A stretch of 63,744 nt of DNA, counting the filler, from Dugesia japonica (taxonomy: Eukaryota): NCBI GenBank assembly GCA_001938525.1. It is 6 parts of 6 records of this genome, joined end to end, with 100 filler letters (N's around TTAATTAATTAA, not from the genome) between each part and the next. Parts side by side here need not be neighbours in the genome. Positions count along the whole stretch, not along the records: positions 9,657 to 18,133 come from MQRL01534455.1; positions 18,234 to 26,781 come from MQRL01608162.1; positions 26,882 to 39,852 come from MQRL01633705.1; 3 more parts are not named here. One strand, given 5' to 3'. Numbering within the stretch: the stretch's first letter is position 1; every line of letters begins with the position of its first letter. This document shows, piece by piece, positions 14,520 through 28,110 of the stretch. The notes beneath the pieces are model-generated. The model worked only from the letters and a program-made list of their open reading frames with translations. It was not told the origin of the DNA and made no database searches. Both the position numbers and the translations under genes were made by a program.

Positions 14520-14560
14520 TTGTTATATATTTCGACGGATTAACCATCATCATCAGACAA
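14520..14560 (-). ncRNA. Minimal type I hammerhead ribozyme motif (PLE-associated)
   Basis: TTGT-CTGATGA-T-GATGG-ttaat-CCGTC-GAAA-TATA-TA-ACAA: stem I, intact core with one extra U, 5-bp stem II, palindromic stem III. Lies ~460 bp downstream of a same-strand GIY-YIG ORF. Confidence 0.75.
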
Positions 14561-15018
14561 AAATGAAATAAATGAGTTTATTCAGTCTGCATTATTCAAA
14601 TAAAGATTAATACGATTATACTGAATATAAGATGGCTAAAATTCTTAATTTTTAAAATTTTTAACCAACTTTTCAATAAAAAATTTATTTATATGATAAT
14701 ATTTTATTACTGTTACCTATAAAATCAAAAATTATTTCCCCCTAAATATTTATATTTTTTAATTTTAGATTATATTAAACTTTTTTAAAACCTATGAAAA
14801 TTGAAATTTATTTCAAAAAAATAAATAGAAAACCTATGAAGTAATAAAATCTTTACTTTAAAAAATAAAATATAAAGCCTATAAAAAATTTTGAAAATAA
14901 ATTAAGATTTCAATAAAAATTGAAAAATNNNNNNNNNNNNNNNNNNNNNNNNNNNNNNNNNNNNNNNNNNNNNNNNNNATTTTGAAAATAAATTAAGATT
15001 TCAATAAAAATTGAAAAA

Positions 15019-15430
15019 TTACTTTATATCCAAAAAATTTTTAAAATTTTTTTTTAATTTAGTCGAATGAGCTGTCTGTACATTAATGCTTGGATTATGA
15101 AATCTAATCATTAACGCCTCATACAATACTCTCTCCCAGTAATTCTGAAATTGCTTAGACAAAATTTTAAAATTTGAAATTTCAACATTCGCATTGCAAT
15201 TACTTTTATTTTTATTTTTATGCTCAGCAATATTACTACCACCACCAAAATGATTATGCTCTTGAACCTTTGTACAGAGATGACGGGCAGTCTCTCCAAT
15301 ATATGTGGCATCACACCCATTACATTTAAATTGATAAACAATGTTAGAACACAAACCAATTGGTGTATAGGATTTATTAAAAAAGCAATTAACAATCTTA
15401 TGTGAAGTAAAGACAATTTTCAATAAAGGA
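15019..15430 (-). mobile_element. Penelope-like element C-terminal GIY-YIG endonuclease fragment
   Basis: KIVFTSHK..SNIVYQFKCNGCDATYIGETARHLCTKVQEH..EALMI..NPSIN. Confidence 0.9.
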
Positions 15431-17640
15431 AGATCCTTAGCAGCTTTCAGAATCGAATAGAAATCCACCGTATTTATCATTTTTAGGTTTAGGAGGTTCA
15501 TTGGGTTGGACTGATTCCGGTTTGTAGATTGATGTCTACTCTATAATGTAGAGCAGGTTTATGTCAATAAGTGGTTTTCTTGCGCAAAGAAGTTGAATGT
15601 AACCGCAGACTAGTGGCCCACAATCGTCTCTATTGGATTGGAGTTGATGTGGGACAGAATCTTTATTAAGTCGGATTCTTTTATCAATGAGCTAAATGGT
15701 CTGTTTGACATCTTTTCTTACTTCCGGATTATTGTTATTGTCCATTATAGGGTCTAATATAGTAACAGAAAGATTATCTATGAAGATCAAGACACAGTGA
15801 TTTTGATTGACATGTAGAGTGGCAAAGATCATTTTTTTAAGATTAATAGTATCTTCTTTCCAAACAGCGGTGATTTGGAAATTATATCTGACAGCAGATT
15901 GAGTTGCCCAAAGAGAAATAAAAGTGGCTACATTGGGATCCATAAAATTTAAAGTGAACGCTTCGATTTGAGAGTCACTGAACCGAAGTTGATCATCTTC
16001 AGGCGGCTTTTTCACAGCCAAGTGGTTTGAGCCAACAGTGACGCCTGAACTTCATTTGCTAGTTGCAGAGTTAATTTTCCTGGGGATGGAAGTGACAATG
16101 TTCGCTTCGTGACTACGGGTGTGGTGGAACACGCAGCTGATGTTAGGTCTGGGAAGAATATCTTCACCCGTATGATCTAATGATTCTTAGAGGAGTTCTG
16201 ATAGGTGAGTGGATTCCGTGGAAGGATTAGAATCCGAAAGCAGGTGTTCTTCATCTATATTGAGAGGTATTGGCTCTGAGTGATCGATGTCTGTAAAACG
16301 ATTTTCTGAGATTTCTTCAATAGTTGCTGTTATTTCCGTGGACGTTTGAGGATTGAGTTTACTAAGGAGTCTATTGAGTAGGTTTTTAGTATTAATATTA
16401 AGTTTGAGATCTTTGTGGGCGAAAAGAAAATTGGCAAGCTCTTTAAGCGTAGAGTAGTTGAGAAATTTTAGTTTATTTGGGGTCTTGAAGTTAGTTAATA
16501 TTTTAAAGAAATCTAGGTTAGTTTTCTTGACAACTGGCGGCTCTTGAGAGACTAGATGATTATTTTATTGACTGAGGAAAGTGGTGGTTTTATGTTTCAC
16601 AAAAAGTGAAATAACTGAAATAGCAGAAATTTGGAGATCATGAGGTAGATTGTTATCATTTTGTTTCACTTTAACTAATCTACGAATAAGTCTGAAGTCA
16701 CACGGGAGTGCAGTTGCGTGCTGTTGCTCTAAAAGATAAGTGATAGATGCATACTTCAGTTTTAAAGGAGGCATGATTGAAGAAATTGCACGATGGGTTG
16801 CAAAAACTGGCCTTAGAACAAAATTTCAGGTGATAAGAACATATACAGTTGTCGGATTTTTGGGGTTGACCTTCTTGATTATAATCTGAGTTTGATTTAT
16901 TAGTGTTTAGAGTCTTAAGATTTTCATTATGAGTAGCATTTGAAGAGTTATGATTTTGATTAGATGATTTTTCTAAATTGTCATTTTGAGAAATATGGTT
17001 TGAGTTTCGATATTTACTGTAAGTAAGCGGTTTTTTGCACTTGATATCTAGGTCATTATATTTATTGTGATAAAAACAGATATTTCTTTTGAATTTATCA
17101 GACGTAGTTAAATTTCTGGTATTATTCGAATCAAAATTATTATTAGAAACTTTGGATTTAGTACAATTTGAATCAGCTTTATTTTTAGCTTTATTCATGG
17201 GTTTTTCAGAACTTACGTGACTAACGTTTATTATCTAGTAATTCATTATTAATTTTATAATTACTTTTAGGAGTTTCTAAAGCATTTCGATTATTGATTT
17301 CAATATTAAAGGCCGATAATTTAAGGTCAATCAGTTTAATTATCAGTTGTGAGATTGATGAATTTGGAGATGAATTTTGAAGATTGCTATTTTCAAATAA
17401 AGGATTATTGTTATTGCAGTGTGGATGTGGTTTTTCAGCAGCTAGTTGATAATAAATGTTTGCTATAGATGCATGATTATAAGCAGCGTTTTTATCAAAA
17501 TCGATGATTTCAGCATTCAGATTAGATTTATCGTCAATTTTCAAAATTTAATTATTTAATAAATTATTCATTTGATTATTTACATGGTTATTTTGCGTAT
17601 TCAGTTCAATATTATCACATTGGCTACAATTTATACTATT
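15430..17640 (-). pseudogene. Disrupted TE-type ORF: three CxYH..C..PC zinc-knuckle-like motifs plus a Ulp1/SENP (C48) cysteine protease
   Basis: CFYHNKY, CSYHLKF..FCNPSC, CIYHL.F..ARNC; IFATLHVNQNHCVLIFID..ILDP then, in the same frame past one stop, PHQLQSNRDDCGPLVC. Confidence 0.7.
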
Positions 17641-17991
17641 TACATTATTAGCCGAATTTTGATCATATTTTACCTATTATATTTTTATTAAAATTTCTAC
17701 TGCATCACATGTAACAGCAAAAAAAGTTATATTTCCAGCTTTAGTAATCGTAACTGAATGTTTCATAACAAATGAGATGCTTGAAAATTTCAAAAATATA
17801 CTCCTATCTAAATAGTGTCAAAACGAATTCAAAACATGGCTGAAGATATCGTATCTCAGTTAAAAGAAAACTTCAATAATATTAACTGCAAGCTTTGGGC
17901 AATACAACTTGTAATAAATACTTGTTATATATAAATATATTTGTTATTCATTTAAAATAAACGCTTCGATCAAAATTGTTTTTTTTATTTG

Positions 17992-18133
17992 GTATTTGAT
18001 AGCAATTTGATATTTCAACTTAGTCTTCTTCATAATTGACTTCTTCAGGAATTGATTTCATAAAAAAGGTAAATTCCTGAAGAAGTCAATTATGAAAAAG
18101 ACTAAGTTGAAATATCGAATTGTTATCAAATAC
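17992..18133. repeat. Inverted repeat of pLTR/hammerhead-like units
   Basis: ~60-bp arms (17992-18053 and 18073-18133), each containing CCTGAAGAAGTC..GAC TAA GTTGAAA. Confidence 0.75.
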
Positions 18134-18233
18134 NNNNNNNNNNNNNNNNNNNNNNNNNNNNNNNNNNNNNNNNNNNNTTAATTAATTAANNNNNNNNNNN
18201 NNNNNNNNNNNNNNNNNNNNNNNNNNNNNNNNN
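18134..18233. other. Artificial scaffold linker
   Basis: N44-TTAATTAATTAA-N44. Confidence 0.97.
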
Positions 18234-19257
18234 AAAATAAAAAATGTCTAACAATATGAATTCTGATTTTCAAAATGAATCAACAATTGAAGATTTACCT
18301 AACAAGGAGTAAAAGCAATAGAATCGATGCGTGAACTATGTACAGTCTATGATGAATCAACTATACGCTATGATACCTGCAAGATATGGTTTGTTTGCTT
18401 CCATTTAAAAGATGTCAGTATAAAAGTAAGTTTTCGCACAAGTCGTCATGTAACAACCGAAAATAAATCAGACCATAATGCACCCGCGAGCAATACATAT
18501 GAGCTAAACATTCAACAACTACAAGGAAAATAAAGTTATGGGACTAAAGAAGTTGAAAAAACTGGTTCTACATAATTTATCAGTGTTATGTAATAATATA
18601 CTCAAGTGAAATGCATTCGATCCATTTCTTTAACGGATAATAACTGCGTATGAGAACTAAATTGCATACGACAATACCAAGCGTCGACGGTCATGATGCA
18701 GTCCAATTACCAAATGTGGTCCATTTCTCCAAATGTTATGCATTTGATTGGATTGGACGGCATATTTTATTAAGTACTGGTTTCAAGTAGTCAGATTATC
18801 AATTAGGTCATGTATTGTGCTTAAATTGAANNNNNNNNNNNNNNGGTTCAGTAGACATTTGAGTAGAGAAAATGTAGTCTTTTACTATGACAACGCCAAA
18901 ACAAATACTGTTTTGGCGAAAAAGTCTAAATTGAAAGAGTTTAGTTAACAAGAAAAACAGTATCCTCCGTACTTGCCAGATATAGCTCATATGGACTAAC
19001 CATCTTTCCAGATCGTTGAAATTTCATCTAAATACACAAAAGTTTTATTCCTTGAACGATATCAAAAGTGTATTGACACCATTTTGCAGGAAAACTCCAA
19101 AAGTTTTATGAAAATGGCATAACGACATTACTACAACGCTAGCAACACGTTACCCATCAACATGGCAATATTATAATTAAATATTAGTTGCATGTCTTAA
19201 CTTTGGTTTTTAATTTTGATTTAAAAATAGAACATAACTTATTCTACAATCCAATAT
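18234..19257 (+). mobile_element. Degenerate mariner transposon
   Basis: RELCTVY..CKIWF HTH, YDNTKRRRS, DNAK, and YLPDIAHMD (YSPDLAP-like); 3' TIR-like acttattctacaatccaata. Confidence 0.85.
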
Positions 19258-21699
19258 TTGTATATGCATCTGTTTCTGAATCTACATAGATAACGGCACG
19301 ATTAACTGTTAAATATTTGATATTTCCGTTGTTAAAAACATAATGCTTTCCAGGTAAATCTGGTGTTTCGACGGATAATAAAATAACAAATAACATTTCT
19401 TAGAGTACATCTACTTTGATTATCGATATACCGAATAATAACAACCTTGGAGAATGTATCTATTGGTTCACTTAATATTTCTCAAGAAATAATCTTCAAC
19501 GATTACGTTTACTTTGAATAGTATTGATTATTAAAATTTAAAAATAAAATATAAAAATGGATAATTGAATTAAAAGAAATAATTAATTATTAAAAAATTA
19601 AAATCAATATTTTTTCAATAAATATCTTGAAAACTAAAATGAATTCATTTAAAAAATTTATTAGGGAAATATCATTAATTAAATTAGATAAGATGGTTAA
19701 ATTTAAAATAATTTTACTTTTAAATATTTATAGGAAATAGGTTTGCTATGAAAATATTAGAAATTTAGAGAAAAAGAAATTTGTTTGATGAATATTTACT
19801 TAAGCTCAAGTAAATCAAGGTTTCATTAATAATAATATTTTAACATCGTATTAACTAATTCAACATATCAAGTTGTCTATGATCACAATAATTCATGTTT
19901 TACTGCATTCCATATCGATTTGAAAACTATTGCTGTTGTTTTGATTATCGAATGATAACCAAACGATACTGGAAAATTTAATAGAAATAAATATACGTGG
20001 CAAATTTCGGTAAAAATTCGTGTTAATCAACAACAAAGTCTTTAGCCAATTGNAGCTTTACCCATTTATGATTAAAAGAATAACTTAATTCGGATATTGA
20101 TTTACAAAGCATTTGACAAGTTATTAATAATTCTGCAACATAAATTTGCATATTGACAAAAACGGCAAATATTTAAATATATTATATTACTAAACTAATT
20201 ACACCTTGTACAACATCCTGATAATGCTTTGATATAGTTAAAACACAAAACGTTTATAATAATAGAACATTAAAAAAACACTATTTAAACATATTTATTT
20301 ATTTAAAAAAATCATTTAAAATCATTCAAAAAACCCATATACTTGATATGCCGAAGAAACTATCAAATACACCCGAGTTTTTTTCTTTAAAACTTTATAT
20401 CATTTTATATAGGATATTTTTCAGTATTTAAACAACCGATGTTTTGTCACATATAACTACGGACATAACCAATTAATGGTTTATATTAGTATTTGGTATT
20501 ATAATAATGATGCCATGAAACCCCGTGAATGTGTTGGTTTATGTTTATTAATTTACTTAAGACACTTAAAACCATATTTTCTACTATATAATGGATCGAT
20601 TGATTATTTTGTGAACGAAATACTTCACATTAAATCAATCCAAGCAACATAATATATAAATAACTAATTGAAAATTTAGTTTATTTAACAAAATTAAAAA
20701 TGATTATAAAAAAGAATTATTATTTTGTAATATTATTATTTTGTTAAATAACTAATTAATTATTACAAGTTTATACTTCAAAATGACCTTTTCGAAATTA
20801 AATTATTGTTAATGAATATTTAAGCGAATGGGTTTTAAAATAAAACTTTCAAACTAAATAAACTTTTTAACAAAAGTAACTTTAAAAAANNNNNGATTGA
20901 AAAATCATTGAAACTTAAATTATTTGAAATTTTACAATTTTTCTCTGTATAAAATTTCAAAATATAAAATTTAAACTCACTTAAATTAAAACAAATTCAA
21001 TTCCATAATGATTTGTTTTCACCCTAATATTATATTACTAAACTAATTAAACCTTCTTCAACATCCTGATAATGCTTTGATATAGTTTAAACCTATTTTG
21101 TGTCATTTTCTTTAATTTTGTACTTTTGCCCTGTTTATTCTTATTTTCTTCATACTTATATTTTACATTTTGTAAGTCAACAATGATACATGGTTTATTT
21201 TAATGATTAATAGTGTAAATTTCAAGGATTTTATTACGTAATATGGCATGCCTCTATTAATAACTCATTTTTTAAAATTGATTGGATAAAGGATTAATAT
21301 ATGAGTCCATTACAATAACAACATGAGTGTATTATAAATGTCACTCGTGACATTTTAGCATCATTCAGCAAAGGTAATCACAATCATAGAAAATATTGAT
21401 TTCTTTTTCTTGTAAATAGCCAGATACCTAATTATCAGTTACATTGTAGTAAATTCCATCTTTTAACTATAACTTATACATTATTATATGGTTTTGATAT
21501 TGTAAATATGAGTTAATAATGGTTAATCTTCTCAAGTACTAGATTTATCATTGAAAAACTATGGACATATCATAAAAAAATATGAGTTTTACTATTGAAA
21601 ATAAGGGTTTGGACATAGAAATTACTTAATAGAGTAAATCTGTTATCCAATTACATTGAAATATTTTTTTGAATACAATCACTAAATCAATTTACTACG

Positions 21700-22400
21700 C
21701 TTAATTCGTTTACTTTTTGTCATTTTCACACATATTTCCCTCTATTTAGCCATTTCAACATAAAAATAAAGGTTTTATACTTGAATATAAGACCATAGGG
21801 GCCAGATACATTCGATAAACCAATTGTTCTAGATTGAGGGATTTGTGTTAGTGCACTAGTATCCATCTACTAAACTAAATCATTAAAATGTACACTTATG
21901 AAATATTTTGATGATACTAAATTTAGATTAAGTTTAATTTTAAAAAAACTTCCAGTTACTTAGGCAACAAATCTACTACACCAAAGGTTTGCACGCTAAC
22001 CTAGTTTATCAATTTAATTGTAACAAATGTGATGCCACATACATTGGAGAGACAAAACGTCATCTTCGCACAAGTGTTAGTGCACATCTGTAACTGAGTA
22101 AAAAAATCATGTCTGTTGCTGCAAAAATAGAAAAAGCAAAATAAGCATCGATGCATTTAGAGTTTTGAAAAGCGGTTTTGGTAATTATTTTTGAATAATT
22201 GTGTGCGAGGTTTTAAAAATTGGGTTGCATAATCCGATTCTTAATAAACAGATTGACGCACATTCATTTTAAAATTTATTTTAATCTTATTTTATAGGAT
22301 TGAATACATTAACAGGTTTCATTGGCCAGTATATAAACACTTATTTTACAACCAGTAACCTTTGATGGACATAGTTTCGTTCAAAACAAATATTACAAAT
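21700..22400 (+). mobile_element. Decayed Penelope-like element 3' fragment (GIY-YIG)
   Basis: NLVYQFNCNKCDATYIGETKRHLRT..H at ~21995-22090, then EVLKI..HNPILNKQ; a very degenerate hammerhead-like string near 22360-22390. Confidence 0.8.
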
Positions 22401-23245
22401 AGAAATTTTCTTTCATAATATATATATATATATTAGAACAGATTAGAATCATATAATTAATCACAATGTCTTGAAATTTTAATGCATTAAAATCAAAATG
22501 ACATTGAAAGAAAAGCGTTTTAAAATGATGATTAAAGAAAAAAAGAAAATCAAACTGAATAATTTAGATTCATTTATGAAAATAAAATTTCTTTTTATTT
22601 AAATTTAAAGAAAATTCCATTTACATTCTAATAACAACCAATCCCGAATCGAAAATCCACGTGTCTTATTCACATGTTTGATATGAGATCAGAAGGGAAA
22701 AAATATTTCGATTTCAACAGGAAAATCTTTATTGAACAAAAAAGAGGATTACAGAAAAATTATTAAAATTAATTTGATTAGAATTTATTGAATTAAATTT
22801 TGATATCACAATTAAGGTAATTAATTTTTGAAAATAAATTCTGAAAATATGGAAAACAAAACGTTTTATTATTATAGGAAATAATATTTATTTGGAAATA
22901 AAAGTTTTTTGGGAATTTATTTTTAATGTACTGATATAATTCTCAATTTTGTTTACACTGAGCAACTCGATCATGCCTGTTGACTTTAACTTGAAATCTG
23001 GACTTGCTGTATCGTAGATGATAATTAATATTTAATACTCTACTATTAGAGATTGTAAATGTTGCTTTTGAGATTTGGGTGTGGCGAATAGTTTCTTAGA
23101 GAAAGTAAACTGTTGATACGATAGTTAATAAAATATGTTACGATTTTCCGAAAAATAAAAGGGAAAACAAAAAATATTTATTTCAAAAATCATTTTCTTA
23201 TATTCAATACTTCGAATGGAAGTTGTAGTATATTGCAATACATTC

Positions 23246-23246
<1 letters not shown>

Positions 23247-23313
<67 letters not shown>

Positions 23314-23412
23314 NNNNNNNNNNNNNNNNNNNNNNNNNNNNNNNNNNNNNNNNNNNNNNNNNNNNNNNNNNNNNNNNNNNNNNNNNNNNNNNNNNNNNNN
23401 NNNNNNNNNNNN

Positions 23413-23466
<54 letters not shown>

Positions 23467-23480
23467 TAATAATAATAATA
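23247..23480. repeat. (TAA)n microsatellite
   Basis: Perfect trinucleotide run containing a gap. Confidence 0.98.
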
Positions 23481-23499
23481 TAATATATACCAAATAAAA

Positions 23500-26400
23500 A
23501 AATTGCCCAGATATTTAAAAATCTGTGAATCACTCTTACACCCCCTCTCTTTAAAATTCTTTTTAATCTTTTTCACATTTTTTCAATCATCCTGCCTTCT
23601 GAACTTTTCAGCAGGTATCATTTTTCATGCATCTGTTTTATCACCTCGTATGGACCTGTCTTTGATCTGCTTTCTTTCTTAATTAGCACCGCGTCTCCAA
23701 CATGAAAATGCATATTTGTTGGTGTCAACTCTATATAATCTTTATTCTTTTCTCCATTATTAAACCATCTTTCTCTATGTATCTTCTTACCGAATATCAC
23801 TTATGCTGAACTTATCCCCAAAGTCTTCTGGCTTGTTGAATTAAGTGTATATTCAATTTCTGGTATTAACTCTGCCCAATTTATATTCTTTTTATCTTTT
23901 AATGTTGCATTGATGAAATCTGTGATCATTCTGAATTGACGTTCTACTATTCTGTTGGCATTATGATGATATTGACTTGAAAATCAAATCATTATATTCA
24001 TTGAATGTGTTATCTTTTTAAAGGCTTTTGATTCAAAGATCTTCGCACAATCTACATGTATCTCTTTTGGAGCAACAAATCTCAGTATACATTTATAGAT
24101 AATCGTTTTCTTTATTGATTTCTCATCTCGTTTAACTAGGGCTATTAAGCATATGTATCTGCTAAATTTATCTATTATGGCACATATATATCTTTTTCTT
24201 TCTAAGGTTTCTTGGAATGGCCCATAGATATCAATATAAATACTCTCAAACGGTTCATTAGCCTTTACTTTATTTTGTTTTCGTTAGTGAATCTTTATGT
24301 AACGGAACTTGATAATATGCATTACTCAAATCCACCGTACTAAAATATCTTGCACAACTCAAATTGTCTAGAATTTACTTTACATTAGGCTTCGGAAATG
24401 CCTTTCTTTTTGTGATTGCATTTAGTTTTCTAAAATCTAAACATAATCTAACGTCTTTCCGTTCTTTTTCTAAACACATATTAACGAAGGGTTTCATTGC
24501 AAATTGCACTTCCTAATAATGCCATTATTAAATAAATTCTTGATTGCTTCATCTATCTTAATGCATTGGTTGTTTCCATGGTTTTCTATTTATTGGTTTT
24601 CTATCTGTGATTATTTGATGTTCTGTCACTTTTCTTTTACCAATATCCCAGTTGTCTGCCATGAATACTCCTTTATGAATCATTATAAAGTTTTCTAAAT
24701 ACTCATTTAGCTTGTTAATCAATATTTTATTGCTTTCTGTACTCTCATCCGTTGTATTGCGTCTATACTTTGCTTCTATATTACAAAGAGACATTGTTTT
24801 TCCTCGCATTTAGTTTCTCTCAGGAGTTGGAATCCAAACTGTTTCTGTAATTATATTCCTCCTATTAGATCTGGATGTATCTATTTCATCACAATGAATT
24901 TAATAGTTTCGCTTTTATTCTCGAATTTTACTTCTACCTTTATCGTACCTCCGATTTTGAGTAGACTATTATTGTAGACTATTAAATTTTCTTCACATTT
25001 TAATATATTGACTTCACTCAATCTTTCCAAAATTCACAAACTTATCCCATTAACTCCTGCTCCAGTGTCTAACAAGCCATCAACTTTTAAGCCTTGTATT
25101 TCAACTTTTATAATTGGTCTACCTTGCATCTTGTCATAACTTATCTCTTGTCGCTTTATCTCTTCTATCGTCAGAAGTTCACTGTCGCCTTCTCCATTTA
25201 TATCATTGATCATCTCTGGTTGGTCTCTAATAAATTCTTTCTTTACAAACTTGTAAACGTTTTCTTTTAGATCATTGTAATCATCTACTCGGTTATCTTC
25301 CTTTCTTATATTTATATAATTATTTTACTACTTTTCCTTTTATTAATAATACTGCAATCTTTTGGGATACTTAATTCAACTTTCCGACAATCTTAACTTC
25401 GGCCGGAGCTTGGCCATTTGAGTATTCATCTTGATAATTATTTGACCCATTATTACAATAGTGAGCTTTGTCTTCTCTACATGTCTGATTTTTCTCATTT
25501 TCCTCAATTAAATTAACTTGACTTTCTTTCCTTCTTGTGTAATTATTTCTATTGTTCAAATAATATCTTTGTTTGCCATTTCCGAATTCATTTCTGGACT
25601 GTTTATTTTTATTCTAATAACTAAACTGTCTGTTCATATTTGTCCTCTGTGTAGTGTCCTTTCTTGTTGCATCTTGAAAAACTACCTTTATTACAGTTTC
25701 TTCTTAAGTGTTGTTCAGATCCAGAAGCATTTTTTACTTTCTTGACAATTTCTGCTTACATGAACTTTTTTGTTACAAGTCCAGCACGTGATTTTTCGTC
25801 TTTCCTTGTTAATGTTCTGTTATATTCCTTCATTACGACTCTTACTGAAATTTCCTTGTTCTGAACTGCATCTCTGTAGTTACAAACTACATTGATTTTT
25901 TTAGTTTTAACTTCGTCTTTTATGCCTTTCCTCTCTTTTATTGCTTTAAATACATCTTTGACTTATTCAATTTTTCCTGATTTGATCTTATGTTTAATCT
26001 TTGCAACTATTCATTATTATCTCCTTTTTTAAGTCATCTTTGTTTCATAACTCTTCTACCAAGCCTTCAATCTTCTTCTTATAGATACTTATATGCTCTA
26101 CATTCCTTCGATAATTTAGAGCTTCCTTCATATGTTTAATCATTGTTGATGGCTTAAAGAAAGTCTTTCTTTATTCCATATAGATAACGAAATTTTGTTG
26201 TCTCCAAAATATATTTTACGACATCATTGCCCATTTCGAAAATTCCAGGGTTCATTGGTTCTTTAAGCATATCCAATGATGCGTTGGTCGCTATATTAGT
26301 TAAATTTACAACCTTAGAACTCTCCATAAATTTGGATTTATTATTACAAGATTTTTGATTAAGACAATAATGATGATGAATAATCCATAGTATTCAAACA
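23500..26400 (-). mobile_element. Gypsy LTR retrotransposon family B, internally deleted (gag, protease, RT start, integrase, PPT)
   Basis: LLDTGA at ~25060; FMADNWDIG RT start; integrase with GPY motif (KTGPYEVIK); PPT aaagagagggggTGT at ~23540. Confidence 0.85.
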
Positions 26401-26781
26401 AAATACATAGGAAATTTAATTTCAATTTTTAATAAATTTTATAATTACAATTATTGTGAGAATAATTGTTGGACATAACCATTAATCACATTTGAGATTT
26501 CATTAAAATAAGAAAAGGCTTCGATCAAAATAAAATTTATTTTAATTAATTATTGAAAAAATATCGACTTTAATTTTACAAAATATTTTTACGTGAATTA
26601 TTTTTCAACATAATTTTTAAAAATAATTTTTATACTTTTATAATTTTGCTTAATATAATATATATCAATTATTTAAATAATTTGCATTTAAAAAATGTTT
26701 TATATTCTAAAAATCTGTTTTTACTTTTTTACAATAATATTTGAATGTTTCAAAAAAATAAATTTTAATATAATATAATAT

Positions 26782-26881
26782 NNNNNNNNNNNNNNNNNNN
26801 NNNNNNNNNNNNNNNNNNNNNNNNNTTAATTAATTAANNNNNNNNNNNNNNNNNNNNNNNNNNNNNNNNNNNNNNNNNNNN
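26782..26881. other. Artificial scaffold linker
   Basis: N44-TTAATTAATTAA-N44. Confidence 0.97.
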
Positions 26882-28110
26882 CACTAATTACATCACTAAT
26901 CGGGGGGGGGGTTCACTGAATGTGTGCTGGCTATTACTCCTACTATCTATCTACTAACATAATCAGAGATGGTTTACGCTGTTTCCAATAAATTTTGCTT
27001 CCACCACTATTTTTCATCGGTGACATCTATATTCAGTATCGAGAGATTCACTTCGGGTATGATTTTATAATTTCTATAGAAGAGTTTCTTATTAACTTAT
27101 TAGACTTATTTCTAATATATTATTCAAATAATGAATTAATTCGATCATATATTTATTATAACCAACACAATATACTGTGATAATGAAAATTCATAAATCA
27201 TTACAAAATTAAACAATGTTACTCACTAGTTAAAGGAATTCTGCAACTTGAAAAAATAACAATGAATTGGTAAGATTTTCCTTGATTCTGCGGTCATCAC
27301 TAAAATCAAAATTTTCTTCCTTTAGAGTGTGAGTCTAACACTTAAAACTTTCCTGAGAATTGGTTCTGAAAATTTTTTGTATAGCCGTTCACAAGTGAAA
27401 TGAAAACTTTTTTAGGGTAATTTCGCTAAGTTTTCGGGGGGCTTTTATAGGATTTTCTTTACAACTCGACTCTTTTTACATTGGGTGCCATTTTTATTTT
27501 CTGGTTTGCCGTTTCTAATTGGTACCAGGTCTAAAATTGTTACGATTTCTGATCGCCTAATTGGTGCCTATTTTTAGGACACCCTGTGATTTTTTTAGCT
27601 TTATCTTTTGTTTATTTTCTGGCCTTTCATTGGCCAGTTCTTTAAAATTCTTTCCGGACCCTTCTAATAACGGTACTTTTTTTTAGTTAGAAAAATCTAT
27701 TGCAGCATGCTGTTCTGCATCCAAATCTTCTTTCCGGACTTCTTTCGATTTTTCTAAGCGGGGAAAATCGTCATTGACTGATTTTCTTGTAATTTAACTT
27801 CTTTTTTCCGATAAAATTAATTATATCCCATATCTTCTGATTTTAATTAATAACAATTATCCCGTTTTTCAATGATAAATTTTAATTTTCCTCATTATAG
27901 TTATTGAATCTAAACCTTGTTGTGGTAATATATTTAGCCGTTTATTACTTAATCATTTTCAGCTCTTCTTGAATTATTTAATATTGGTTAATTATTGAAA
28001 TGCGGTTTTCTTATTAATTAATCTGATCGAATAGTTTCCTTCTCTTCTTCTACACCCGTGTTTGGGCCCCTGAAAGTATTGTATCCATGATCAAGTGTTT
28101 CACCCCAACA
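26882..28110 (-). mobile_element. TGTTGGGG-element copy 1 (5' end, promoter and leader; runs off the scaffold end)
   Basis: Minus strand begins TGTTGGGGTGAAACAC at 28110; CCAAT boxes, TATAAAA at ~27445, donor A|GTGAGT at 27227/27226. Confidence 0.65.

Noticed and set aside
19260-21700. Possible host exons
   Set aside because: No consistent spliced frame or recognisable motif could be built.
23190-23533. Poly-Y/I/N/L ORFs
   Set aside because: Translations of a (TAA)n microsatellite.
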